Assembly (NCBI GenBank): GCA_030615175.1
Contig: JAUWZX010000002.1
Coordinates: 1 to 64,000 of the forward strand
Reading direction: 5' to 3'
Source: Candidatus Parvarchaeota archaeon
GTDB taxonomy: Archaea > Nanobdellota > Nanobdellia > WJKC01
Length of the DNA: 64,000 nucleotides
Shown here: piece after piece, positions 17,616-27,783 of the stretch
How positions within the stretch are numbered: position 1 is the first letter of the stretch
Layout: each line of letters starts with the position of its first letter
Program-made: the position numbers and the translations under genes
The notes under the pieces: model-generated
Told to the model about the DNA's origin: nothing
What the model saw: only the letters and a program-made list of their open reading frames with translations
Database searches by the model: none

Positions 17616-18485
17616 ATGAATTATGGGTTTATGACTAAAAAACAAGGATTATCACTTGATGAATTAATCGAATTACTTGACCACTCTTATAATCATCCAA
17701 TAAACGCTGGCGACCGTATTAAATTAAAAAGCAGGGTAGTTGAAATTACACAAGGGTTTTATAAATCCTTAAAGCAAGCGCTTTCAGAAAAAACCAGCAC
17801 TAATTATACAGTATTAAAAAAAGTTAAAGCAAGAGAATTAAATGAGTATAAAGAGAAAGGAGTTATCTCACAAGAATTCTATAAAGCCTTAAAACAAGCA
17901 CTTGATAGGAAGTGCTTGAAGATTGGGGAAACTAATTACGTAAAATCCTTTAATAAAGTAAAAGAAAACAAAGTATTCTTTAATGAAGACAAAGGAGGAA
18001 TCAGCATTCATTCACCATGGGAAGTAATTGATAAAGATGAGAAAATGAATGAAATCCTGAAAAAGTTACCGCCACTGCCTTATACAGAAATAATAAGTGA
18101 AGACGCTGTTATCCGTGACGGCTATGTTTACTCAAACCATGAAGGAAACAAGATTGGAAAAACAAGACAGCCATTAATAATGAATGAAGTCATTAATGCC
18201 TTAAACGCGCTAGCATCATTATATGGAAAGACTAAAAGTTTAACTGAATTATTAACCAAGAAAGAGTTAATAGAGAAACTAACATGGAATAACCTTAACT
18301 CGGGTTCAGAAATAAATGGTTATAAAGTCACTGCAAGCAATCTTGAAGACTGGAAAAAGGAACTCAGAGCATACAAGATTTCCTTTAAAAGAAAGAATAA
18401 CATCATGTCAGTGCACAGGGTAAGAGGCGGAGGGATAACTCTTCCGCAAAAAATTGAAAACTTCTACTCTAACCAAAGACTGTAA
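17616..18485 (+). CDS. Hypothetical protein, modular paralog of 18537-20843
   Basis: Shares two sequence blocks with the next ORF. Confidence 0.7.
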   Translation: MNYGFMTKKQGLSLDELIELLDHSYNHPINAGDRIKLKSRVVEITQGFYKSLKQALSEKTSTNYTVLKKVKARELNEYKEKGVISQEFYKALKQALDRKCLKIGETNYVKSFNKVKENKVFFNEDKGGISIHSPWEVIDKDEKMNEILKKLPPLPYTEIISEDAVIRDGYVYSNHEGNKIGKTRQPLIMNEVINALNALASLYGKTKSLTELLTKKELIEKLTWNNLNSGSEINGYKVTASNLEDWKKELRAYKISFKRKNNIMSVHRVRGGGITLPQKIENFYSNQRL

Positions 18486-18536
18486 AAAACAAGAAACAAA
18501 ACATTTAAAAATGGAATTAAATAAATATTCATTTCT

Positions 18537-20843
18537 ATGGGAAATACGCTCTTAGTAACGCCTGAAGAAAACAAGTCATCATTAGTTAATGGATTAATAA
18601 AATTTCTTAATAATTACATTAAATATGATTTAAGTATTGGACTAGAAATAGGAGACGAGATTCCAATCAATGGGAGCGGACAATATATTACTCTTGATGA
18701 AGAACTCAGCAATGCATTAAAAGAAACATTTAATGAAGTGGAAAACAAAATCAAAAATAAAGATTACGACCATGAAATCAACAAACAAAAAATTAAATCA
18801 CTCATCCCTAATGAGATACTTGTAACTTTAATAAATAAAATTTACAGCAATAATATTAAGATAAAAACATCTAAGAACCTTGAAACAATATTAAAGAATC
18901 CTGAATTAAAGTCAGATGGCATTGAAGAAGAATCACTAACGCTCTACGACGTAGTAGAACTGCTTGACCGCTCTTATGATTACCCAATAAACGCTGGTGA
19001 CAAGATTAAGTTAAAAAGCGGGATAATTGAGATTACTGAAGAATTCTATAATGCCTTAAAAAAAGAAGTCTATGATTATGAGAAAAAAAACTTCAGAGAA
19101 AAAGAATTCAAAGAATATTATAATGAAAAAGAAATCCAGATTATTGATGACTGGGAAACAACGGATACAAATGGAATGAAAGAGATACATGAAAACCTTA
19201 TGAATGAAATGAATAATAATGATGAATTCACTGTCTATCCTGATAACGCTGAAAAAGTTGACTCTGAAAACATTTACAAATATCATTTAAGCCCTAAGTT
19301 TGAAAAATTATTAGAAGACCCTAATGACTTAATGCAAAATAAATTAATGAATTTACAAATGTTTATTTCAAATCCGCAAGACCATCCATTAAATAATGAA
19401 AGCAAAAAATTTATTAAAATGCTTAATCCGGAATTTAATCCGGAAAAAGACAATCCTGAAGACTTAACAGGCGTGATTCAAAATTTAAATAATTACTTAT
19501 TCACATTAATTTACAGCCCTACACAAAACTTAGAGGTTGCAGTAGATGATTCAAAATTCCTCGCCGGCGTTAAGAATTCATTAAAATCATTTTATGAACA
19601 GGCAGAGAAAGAATTAAATAATAAAATAAAGAAAGGCGCAGCCATAAGTCCTGAAGAATTAACTGAAATAACAAGGGGGCACATGAGGTTAATAAGCCTG
19701 TTTAAAGAGAACAAGGATAACAATTATGTCTATGCTGGTAATAATACAGCCAATGAATTATCACAATTCCTTGATTACTTCACAAGAGGTCAAATCAGGA
19801 ATGACTTAAGTAATTTAGAATCAGATTATGAACCATCAAGAATAATAAAATACTTAAGGATAAACCTGGATGATGTTGACAAACAATCAATGACTAAAGA
19901 CATTATTGAATCACTGAAGATTTACAAAAATGGAAAGGATATAGAATCAGTCAAGCAGTACTTAATTCAAACAAAAGAATATGAAGAGGATGACATTAAA
20001 GAAGCAATTAATAAGATAAGCAATTACTTTAAACCACAATCAAAAAATTTAAAAAGGGCTTCTGACACTAAAAAAGGCATGACTAAAAGTTTAACTGAAC
20101 TATTCACCCTGGATGAATTAATAAATAAATTAACAGAAAGCAATATTAATTTAGGTGAGGAAATAAAAGGTTACGCAGTCACTTCACAGGACCTTGAAAA
20201 TTTCAAAGAAGAACTAAGAACGTACGGCATCTCATTTAAAAAACTCAAAGAATCCATGTCAGTATACCGTGTTAAAGACGGCGAACAAACGCTTCCACAA
20301 AAAATTGAAAACTTCTACTCAAGCAAAAACCCTGCAACCAAAGGAAGCAAGTTTGATACATTATATGAAAGAATAGATAAAACAAAAGAAACTGCTATGA
20401 AAGCACTTAAGAATTTAACCGAACTTGAAGGCATCCTTAACAAAACAGTAAAATATGAAACAGAACATCAAGAGGTTAATAAACTAATTAATGAATACAA
20501 AAAATTAAGCAAAGTAAATGATTACACTCCTCTAACAGGCATAAAGGATTACTTAAATAATTTAAGTAATAAAGTTATTGAAGTTGGAGAAGATGATATT
20601 AACTTAGACGGCGTTATTAACGGCTTTGAAAATCAAATAAGCACAATTGAAAAAAACATCAGCAACCTGGATAATGAAATAAGTGAAGCCAAAAAAATAA
20701 AAATAAGTTGCACACCAAAATTAAATGAGAACCTTAAAAATGCATTAGATAAGTGCTATGATAGAATAGAAGAGATAACCAAGAATTATAATAGAATGAA
20801 TAAAAAGATGGAAAAACTTGATAATATATACAAATCTAGGTAA
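18537..20843 (+). CDS. Large hypothetical protein with C-terminal coiled coil
   Basis: 768-aa ORF; blocks shared with 17616-18485. Confidence 0.75.
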   Translation: MGNTLLVTPEENKSSLVNGLIKFLNNYIKYDLSIGLEIGDEIPINGSGQYITLDEELSNALKETFNEVENKIKNKDYDHEINKQKIKSLIPNEILVTLINKIYSNNIKIKTSKNLETILKNPELKSDGIEEESLTLYDVVELLDRSYDYPINAGDKIKLKSGIIEITEEFYNALKKEVYDYEKKNFREKEFKEYYNEKEIQIIDDWETTDTNGMKEIHENLMNEMNNNDEFTVYPDNAEKVDSENIYKYHLSPKFEKLLEDPNDLMQNKLMNLQMFISNPQDHPLNNESKKFIKMLNPEFNPEKDNPEDLTGVIQNLNNYLFTLIYSPTQNLEVAVDDSKFLAGVKNSLKSFYEQAEKELNNKIKKGAAISPEELTEITRGHMRLISLFKENKDNNYVYAGNNTANELSQFLDYFTRGQIRNDLSNLESDYEPSRIIKYLRINLDDVDKQSMTKDIIESLKIYKNGKDIESVKQYLIQTKEYEEDDIKEAINKISNYFKPQSKNLKRASDTKKGMTKSLTELFTLDELINKLTESNINLGEEIKGYAVTSQDLENFKEELRTYGISFKKLKESMSVYRVKDGEQTLPQKIENFYSSKNPATKGSKFDTLYERIDKTKETAMKALKNLTELEGILNKTVKYETEHQEVNKLINEYKKLSKVNDYTPLTGIKDYLNNLSNKVIEVGEDDINLDGVINGFENQISTIEKNISNLDNEISEAKKIKISCTPKLNENLKNALDKCYDRIEEITKNYNRMNKKMEKLDNIYKSR

Positions 20844-20897
20844 TTTTAAAGTCAACCAAAACAATTATAAATAAGTTCCTTTATTTTCTCAAGTAAC

Positions 20898-21839
20898 ATG
20901 AATCTTGATGGCTTCATTAATGAGCCTCCAGTAAAGCATGAGTTCTTCTGCGAGTGCTGCGGTGAAGATATAGGCAGGAATAATCAAAAATACTGCAGTT
21001 CCTGCGGTACTGGAATCAATGATGAATTATTAGATAAGATAAACAAGGCGAAATCAGAAAGCAGTGAGTTAGAAGCGAATGAAATTATTAGTGAAGTAAG
21101 CACGTATAATGATAACTCAGAAATGCTTGCTGATAAATTAGTGAAAATAAGAAGAGGAGGATTGAAAGGAACACAAATATATAAGAATGAATTAATAGTA
21201 ATAAAAGAACTTGGAATCCCATTAAAGAATTTGGGATGGTACTTAGAAAAAATTCCCTGGAAATATTCTAAAGATCTAAAAAAATCTTTTACAGCAGAAA
21301 TAAAGGAGGGGCGCGTGAGGGGAATAAAAATAAATAATTACAAATTAGAAAATTTGCCAAATAGTATTGAGGAACTGAGGGAATTAGAGTACTTAAACTT
21401 GGAGGGCAATCAATTAAGGACGTTGCCTAATTGTGTTAGTAAACTTAAAAAATTAAAATACTTGAACTTGCGGGGTAACCAGTTAAGTGAATTGCCTGAT
21501 AACATATATGGATTAACAGGGTTGCAAACATTGATTTTGCGAGATAATCAATTAAGAGAACTCACCGCAGGTATAGGGCAATTAAGAAACTTAAGATATT
21601 TAGACTTGGAGGGCAATCAATTAAATGAATTGCCTAATAGTATAAGTAAATTAGTAAGCTTGCTAACTCTAAACTTAAGGAATAATCAATTAAGAGACGC
21701 GCCTAAAGACATAGGCAATCTAACGAAACTGGAATACTTGAACTTAGAGGATAACCAATTAATTAAGTATCCTGAAGGCATTGGTAAATTGAAAAGATTG
21801 CGGAAACTTTACTTATGGAAAAGTGAGAAGAAAGATTAA
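20898..21839 (+). CDS. Zinc-ribbon plus leucine-rich repeat protein
   Basis: CECCG...CSSCG; about seven 23-aa LxxLxLxxNQLxxLPxxIxxL repeats. Confidence 0.93.
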   Translation: MNLDGFINEPPVKHEFFCECCGEDIGRNNQKYCSSCGTGINDELLDKINKAKSESSELEANEIISEVSTYNDNSEMLADKLVKIRRGGLKGTQIYKNELIVIKELGIPLKNLGWYLEKIPWKYSKDLKKSFTAEIKEGRVRGIKINNYKLENLPNSIEELRELEYLNLEGNQLRTLPNCVSKLKKLKYLNLRGNQLSELPDNIYGLTGLQTLILRDNQLRELTAGIGQLRNLRYLDLEGNQLNELPNSISKLVSLLTLNLRNNQLRDAPKDIGNLTKLEYLNLEDNQLIKYPEGIGKLKRLRKLYLWKSEKKD

Positions 21840-21842
21840 GTG

Positions 21843-21968
21843 ATGACAATAAAAGGATTGCAAGTGCTGGACTTATGGAATAATCAATTAACTGAAGTGC
21901 CTGAAAGCATTGGTAAACTAAAAGGGCTGAAACTATACTTAGGTAGTATAGAGACCATTTATCCGTAA
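21843..21968 (+). pseudogene. Detached LRR unit in frame after the stop of the LRR gene
   Basis: MTIKGLQVLDLWNNQLTEVPESIGKLKGLKLYL..., same frame as 20898. Confidence 0.7.
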
Positions 21969-22051
21969 ATAAATCTGACTTAAATCATCTATTGGAGCAG
22001 TTTATATATCAACCAAAACACTTATAAGTAATTACTGGTAGGTAGTAAATT

Positions 22052-22987
22052 ATGTCTGAAGTTTTAAGTCTTGAACAGGAAACTGCCCAGTTAGGCAGGC
22101 TTAAGAGGTTATATGAAGAAGACCTTCCTAACCTAAATAATAAGATTTTAAACAAAGAAATTAAAATTGATAAATTACTAAACAAATATGAAAACAGGCC
22201 AGCAATAGAAGAAAAGATAGAACTCCCTAAAGAAAAAGATAATTATATTCCAAGACAATCTTATGAAGATGAAAAATCACGCGTTGAACTGGAAATTCCT
22301 AAGAAAGAAGAAACTAAAAAGCCAGCACCTGCAAAGAAATTAAGAAGGAAAATAAAGAAAGTGGAAGAACAGGTAGATTCTAACGCATTCCAGTTCTTAT
22401 CATTCATAAGCGACGTTTACACAACCAGTCTGGGAGTATATCATATACAGAAAGCAAACGGTCAGGAAGTGGACCCTAATGATAACAGTTACTTAAGCAC
22501 GGGACTAGGGAATTACTTAATGAATACAAAAGGACTAAAGGGCACTACCCTAAACTTAGGAGGCATAAAATTTGAAATAAAGGACAGTGAAATAATGGAT
22601 ATGATATTAAAATCAATTGGAAGCGCTGGACTTAATAAAGAGCAAATAACAGCATTCATGGGAACATTCGGAGGTCAAATATCAGAATACTTCTTAAATA
22701 ATATTGACGAATTCAAGAAATCAAGCGAGTACCAGACAGTTAAAAAAGAAATCAATGAATTACTCAACAATGACGGCGTCTACTCAGTTCTCGCCTCATT
22801 ACTCGCAGACCCGCAAGCTGAAAAAGAACTAAGAGACAACCCTAAAAAAATGACTGGAGGCAAAAGCGGTGAAGAATTATACTTAACAGCAAAAGCAGTG
22901 ATGAACGGCTTAAGAAACGCTGACAAACTAATGAATGAACTGAAAGACAACGAGTACATGAATAAATTCGAATCACTAATAAAGTGA
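22052..22987 (+). CDS. Hypothetical protein
   Basis: 311-aa ORF. Confidence 0.7.
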   Translation: MSEVLSLEQETAQLGRLKRLYEEDLPNLNNKILNKEIKIDKLLNKYENRPAIEEKIELPKEKDNYIPRQSYEDEKSRVELEIPKKEETKKPAPAKKLRRKIKKVEEQVDSNAFQFLSFISDVYTTSLGVYHIQKANGQEVDPNDNSYLSTGLGNYLMNTKGLKGTTLNLGGIKFEIKDSEIMDMILKSIGSAGLNKEQITAFMGTFGGQISEYFLNNIDEFKKSSEYQTVKKEINELLNNDGVYSVLASLLADPQAEKELRDNPKKMTGGKSGEELYLTAKAVMNGLRNADKLMNELKDNEYMNKFESLIK

Positions 22988-22994
22988 ATAAAAA

Positions 22995-23591
22995 ATGAAA
23001 ATTGAAGACTACGCAGGACCGCCAATACTATCACAATTACTAGGCTACGTTCAATCATCATCAATGATGATTGACCCGCAGCACATGGCTGACTACATAT
23101 GGCACATCACTAATGAATACCTGCCTGAAATAACCGAAGAATTAAGAGAAATAGGTAAAAACGAGTTAGCAGCTGACGTTGAAAAACTATCACGCTACGG
23201 CTTAGGATTACTATTAGTATTCAGGGAAAAAGGAATGCTTGAAAAATTAATGCCAAACGAGGATTACATGAAAGGAATTAAATTACTACACCCTGAATTA
23301 AGCAATAAAGCAGCCAAAATCGCAGCTCTAGGCCACCTAGGATATAATATTCAAAAAATTAATAACCCATTCGGCATATACGACATTGACTTAGGACACA
23401 TACTGACAGGAATGACTAACTTCAGAGGAAACAAGTCCCGCACCCCAATAATAGATGTAGGAATACCAAAAGAATGTCCTGACGCTTTCAGGGAAGAATA
23501 CAATCCAGAAAAGATTGACCCAACCCTGCTAAGAGAGCAAAGACTGCCAGAAGCAATGCCTAGAATGCAATTACATGAATTAAATAAGTGA
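22995..23591 (+). CDS. Hypothetical protein
   Basis: 198-aa ORF. Confidence 0.7.
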   Translation: MKIEDYAGPPILSQLLGYVQSSSMMIDPQHMADYIWHITNEYLPEITEELREIGKNELAADVEKLSRYGLGLLLVFREKGMLEKLMPNEDYMKGIKLLHPELSNKAAKIAALGHLGYNIQKINNPFGIYDIDLGHILTGMTNFRGNKSRTPIIDVGIPKECPDAFREEYNPEKIDPTLLREQRLPEAMPRMQLHELNK

Positions 23592-24431
23592 ACTCACTCG
23601 TGAGCCGACGTACTTAACAAAATCACTTGCCTTCTTCTTTAACCTGTCGTACTCAGCGCCAGTGAACTCATTCTTCCTGCCATGAATCACAGCCCTCATT
23701 ACCTTAACAAGCTCTGCCATAGTCGTAACATGCCTTGCAGGGATTCCATACTTTCTGGCAAGCTTCTTCATTAATGCAGGCGCCTTTAATGGAGCCACTG
23801 TCCGAAGCCCCAGAGCCATCACGTAAGCATGGAATGAATCCATCACAGCCCAGTAAAGGTCAGCAACGCTTGCAACAACATGCATCTTGGTATTGTTAAC
23901 TAACTTGCGAGCCATACTCATGTGAGCCCTAACAGACTCAGGTGAAGGCTTAATCAAACCCTTCTCCAATAACTTCTTTAAAGGCGTAAAAAAGCCAGTG
24001 TCAACAATTGGCTTGCCAGTGCGAAGCAAACTCATGATTACCGGGTCACCGTTACGCACTCCATCCCAGAAGCGCAGCACTCCAAGAGTTGTTAAGTGCA
24101 GTTTCTCATGAGCGTTAAGCTTAGCAAGCAATGAACCAGTTGTTAAACTATAAGCAGAAGCCATCTCACTCGTTATCACATTCTCAACATCATTAATTAA
24201 CACGAGCAAGTCAATATCACTATCCTCCATCTGCTCATCCCTTGAAACACTGCCGAACAAGACTATTGCCTGAATCAACCCACCCATGTACTCCTTGCTG
24301 GCTAACTGGCTTGAAAACTTGTAAACAAGCTCAATGTCCCCTGTCCTAATCTTCCCAGGCCTCGACTTAATCAGGGTTAAACGCGCTTTTAAGTTTGAAA
24401 TACCAACCAAATGCTCCCTCTCCTTAATCAC
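23580..24431 (-). CDS. Nucleotidyltransferase (MNT) fused to HEPN-like domain
   Basis: VLFGSVSR...DSDIDLLVL; C-terminal LYWAVMDSFHA...MRAVIHG. Confidence 0.85.
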   Translation of the reverse strand: MIKEREHLVGISNLKARLTLIKSRPGKIRTGDIELVYKFSSQLASKEYMGGLIQAIVLFGSVSRDEQMEDSDIDLLVLINDVENVITSEMASAYSLTTGSLLAKLNAHEKLHLTTLGVLRFWDGVRNGDPVIMSLLRTGKPIVDTGFFTPLKKLLEKGLIKPSPESVRAHMSMARKLVNNTKMHVVASVADLYWAVMDSFHAYVMALGLRTVAPLKAPALMKKLARKYGIPARHVTTMAELVKVMRAVIHGRKNEFTGAEYDRLKKKASDFVKYVGSRVSSLI

Positions 24432-24448
24432 TAATCACCTCCTGTTCA

Positions 24449-25948
24449 TTAAAATAAATCCACAAAGGATTCATGAAAATATCCACCCTCCTTCTGCATT
24501 GTTATCGGGTCAGTCATTGCTGCTGAAAGATAAGTTGGACCCCAAAAAGATGAAGTAGGCGCATCACCAATATGATACATGCCTGGCTCGTAAAACCTCA
24601 TTGAAGCATGATATAATTGAGGAATGCCTGCAGCACCTAACTCATGAACAGCAGTAAGCCCTGACTTCCTAACAGCCTTCTCAACTTTTTCCAAATCATC
24701 CTTAGTGACCTCTCCATGCCCGAGCGGCAAGTGCCCATCAATAACTCCAATAGCATCAGTGACATGAACGTGCTTAACAGCTCCCTTATCAAGAGCTTCA
24801 ACAAACCCGGGCACTGAATACTTCTTGCCGCCAGTCTCAAAATACTTGGCAGTCACTGCATGACCAAAATCAAAAGTGAACCCGACAAAGTTCTGAACAG
24901 CCTTCCTGCTGAAACCCTTCTTAACTAACTCACCAATAATCTTATTCCTAATATCAGTCATTTCTTCAGGAGTGCTGAATAACTGGTTGCCAGGCAAGTT
25001 CTCAATACCAATACTAATACCACTCTTCATCGCGTCCTGCAACACGTCCCTCGGGATGGCTGCAATATTCTCTGCAACATTTTGCTTCATTTTCTCCTCG
25101 CCGTCAAGGATTAAGTCCGCACCCTTAAAATGCTCAACCTCCTTTAACTGATTGCCAATGCTTACTCTATAATCCTTAGCCTGCCTGTTAACCCTTTCAG
25201 CGTAATCCCGGACAACTTTCTTCTCATGCTCAGTTAACCGCTGATTAGGAGTGAACACTTTCTTCTGAATCCTGCTCCACTCCCTCCAGTCCCCAGGGTG
25301 AATCCCTATCTGCGAGCCCTTCCTAAAAGCCTCAGATGTTAAGTTCATCAAGTCAAGAGCATTATCAGTACTAACTCCCCTCCTCGCTATTACTTCAGCA
25401 GAATCCTCCATTCCCTTAAGAAGGTTTAAATCACTCTCCAGCCTATTAATCTGCGTGTTCAAGCGCGCTTTCCTGCTTTCATTCATCATTTTAATGTACT
25501 CATCCCTTTCCATGCCTGAAGGAACCCTTGCACCGCTAACCTTTTCCTCCATTTTATCATAAACGTAGACAACATCTTCAGGAGGCCTGCCAGCCTGAAG
25601 CGTTGGGTGAAAAGTTATGTGCTTAGCACCAACCCTGCCAGCAGCCTTTAAAGCCTGAGCAAATACCTCCCTTGCAAACTTATTCTGCCTCTTATCAGGA
25701 ACTGCTAACTCGCCTGACTGCTCAACAGCAGGCGGTATGTGCATCGTATATTTTAACTCATTAACCTGGGCTAAATCCCTAATAACATCCAAAGCCTTGT
25801 TGCCAATGCGCTCAACCTGGTCATTAATCTCTATAACAGGGGCACCCCACCTCGCGGCCCTAGCCACCTTCTCCCATACAGGCATTTTATCCATGGGCAG
25901 GTTAACTCCAATCCTGTAACTCCCGAACTCCCTGAAATCAACTGCCAT
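24449..25948 (-). CDS. Xylose isomerase/AP-endonuclease-2-like TIM-barrel protein with a large helical insert
   Basis: TMHIP, TFHP, IENL, FDFGHA, HVHVTD, DGHLPLG and VHE metal-ligand pattern. Confidence 0.8.
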   Translation of the reverse strand: MAVDFREFGSYRIGVNLPMDKMPVWEKVARAARWGAPVIEINDQVERIGNKALDVIRDLAQVNELKYTMHIPPAVEQSGELAVPDKRQNKFAREVFAQALKAAGRVGAKHITFHPTLQAGRPPEDVVYVYDKMEEKVSGARVPSGMERDEYIKMMNESRKARLNTQINRLESDLNLLKGMEDSAEVIARRGVSTDNALDLMNLTSEAFRKGSQIGIHPGDWREWSRIQKKVFTPNQRLTEHEKKVVRDYAERVNRQAKDYRVSIGNQLKEVEHFKGADLILDGEEKMKQNVAENIAAIPRDVLQDAMKSGISIGIENLPGNQLFSTPEEMTDIRNKIIGELVKKGFSRKAVQNFVGFTFDFGHAVTAKYFETGGKKYSVPGFVEALDKGAVKHVHVTDAIGVIDGHLPLGHGEVTKDDLEKVEKAVRKSGLTAVHELGAAGIPQLYHASMRFYEPGMYHIGDAPTSSFWGPTYLSAAMTDPITMQKEGGYFHESFVDLF

Positions 25949-25949
25949 T

Positions 25950-27353
25950 TTAAAACTCCTTCAGGAAAGTATACATACCAAATGACTTCTTAAGTATGTA
26001 ATAAACTAACCATAATTCCTTATTAAGCTTCTTAATTGAATTATTATTAAGATGGTAAAGTATCATGTGGTCTGATAACTTCTTTTTAACTCCTGGCTTT
26101 GCCTTGCGTAATCTTAATTTACCAAACAATAATCTGAAGAAATCCTGCCCAGGGACTACTTCAGTCTTATCCTCTTTCTTTTCTTCCTCGTCATCTAAAT
26201 TCAATCCTTCTCTAAGCATTAAATTCTTAATCCACTCCTCAGCAGGATCCTTTGTCCACTTATCAAACAATCTATTCTCAAACTCCTCAATAGTGTAAAC
26301 CCTGGCTTCAAATTCTACAATGGTTGTCATGAATTGAGTGTTGCTTGGACCAATAAGTTTTAAATCAACTTCAACAACTGGAACGTAAGGCACTTCAATC
26401 TTCTGACCTTTCTCATCCTTAATATAAGCTCTGCCAAAAGGCACGTAGTCAGGAATGAATTCTCTCTTACTCTTCTTCCTTTCCCTATCAATCATTCTCT
26501 TAGCATACTCTTCCCTGGCCTTCTTCAAATCCTTGGGCTCTTCATAAGAATGCTCCATCCAAGCCACGAGTTTAACCTGTGACACTAAATTACTACTAAT
26601 CTTTAACAAGTAAGGACTTAGCCCTAACTCAGGCTTCATCTTTAATGACTCAACATTATAAATTAAAGGCTGAATCCAATTCCTGTATAACTCAACAGTT
26701 TTCTCAGAAGCCTTGTACTGCTGGTCAAGTATCTTCTTAAAATGCATTAAACTCTGCTTCCAATTCCTCTTCCAAACCTCGTACTCAGTGAACTTCCTTG
26801 CCAAGAAGCCCCTAACCACTCCAGGAATCTTCCCCTCAGGTATTGAATCAAGCTCCTTACGATCCTTAATCTTAAAGAACCAGTCACGAGCAACATATAA
26901 ATCAAGGTTCTTGGCAGCATTAACAAAACTTGCAGCCCCGCTCTTAGGATCAACCATGTCAGCCCAAATCCCCTTAAGCGTTATGTCATCAGGCGTCCTC
27001 TTCTTTTTATAATAATCAAGGCATTCCTGAACCCTCTGCTTGTCCTTTTTCATTGCCACAATACTCTTAATTACCTGCCCTACCTGCCCAAGTAATTGCG
27101 ACGCACTCGTCATCTCCTCCCTCAAATTACGCGACGAGAAGCCGAACTCCTGAGTCTTTGGTGAAATATTATAATAATCAAAGATTTTCCTAACCTTCTT
27201 AATGCCACGCGTTGATAAAGCGTATAATATCCTGTAATAAAAAGACTCTAAGGCATTTCCAGCACCATAAGTAATTTCATACTTATCTAATACAGGGTCA
27301 CTCACTTCAGGCGTGTAAACCCCATCCTTAAACTTTGACGTCCACTTCACCAT
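25950..27353 (-). CDS. Hypothetical protein, first gene of a three-gene operon
   Basis: 467-aa ORF ending 1 bp before the TIM-barrel gene. Confidence 0.75.
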   Translation of the reverse strand: MVKWTSKFKDGVYTPEVSDPVLDKYEITYGAGNALESFYYRILYALSTRGIKKVRKIFDYYNISPKTQEFGFSSRNLREEMTSASQLLGQVGQVIKSIVAMKKDKQRVQECLDYYKKKRTPDDITLKGIWADMVDPKSGAASFVNAAKNLDLYVARDWFFKIKDRKELDSIPEGKIPGVVRGFLARKFTEYEVWKRNWKQSLMHFKKILDQQYKASEKTVELYRNWIQPLIYNVESLKMKPELGLSPYLLKISSNLVSQVKLVAWMEHSYEEPKDLKKAREEYAKRMIDRERKKSKREFIPDYVPFGRAYIKDEKGQKIEVPYVPVVEVDLKLIGPSNTQFMTTIVEFEARVYTIEEFENRLFDKWTKDPAEEWIKNLMLREGLNLDDEEEKKEDKTEVVPGQDFFRLLFGKLRLRKAKPGVKKKLSDHMILYHLNNNSIKKLNKELWLVYYILKKSFGMYTFLKEF

Positions 27354-27428
27354 ATTAATTAATTAGTTGCTCTATCTTTTTAAATGTAAAGTAAGTTATT
27401 TAATAATGTATTGTTTTTAGTAAATAGT

Positions 27429-27779
27429 ATGGGATTGCTTGATAGTATTAAGTCAAAGATAAAGAAGGAAGAAGCTCCTGAAGTAAACGCTAACGAGGCT
27501 CCTAAACCAGCAGTAACTGGAAACCACTTGCCTGAACCAATAGGGATTCCTGAAGAACCAATGAGTGCTCCGCCCGGAATGCCTGAATTAACTCCTCACC
27601 CAATGTCTGAACCAGCGCCTGCAGAAGCGTACCAAACGCCGGTACCAACTGCACCGTCACCTGACATTCAGAATTTAAGAACCCAATTAGAAATAATTAA
27701 CTCAAAACTTGACACCCTTAAGGCGCAAATAGAAAACCTTAACCAGACACTAACAGTTATTAACACAAAACTCAGGTGA
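27429..27779 (+). CDS. Pro-rich protein with C-terminal coiled coil
   Basis: MGLLDSIK...Pro-rich linker...LEIINSKLDTLKAQIENLN. Confidence 0.7.
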   Translation: MGLLDSIKSKIKKEEAPEVNANEAPKPAVTGNHLPEPIGIPEEPMSAPPGMPELTPHPMSEPAPAEAYQTPVPTAPSPDIQNLRTQLEIINSKLDTLKAQIENLNQTLTVINTKLR

Positions 27780-27783
27780 AAAA

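Noticed and set aside
21837..21839. Stop-codon readthrough or recoding in the LRR gene
   Set aside because: The stop is TAA and the flanking residues break the LRR register. TAA, TAG and TGA all end conserved genes here, so the standard code applies.
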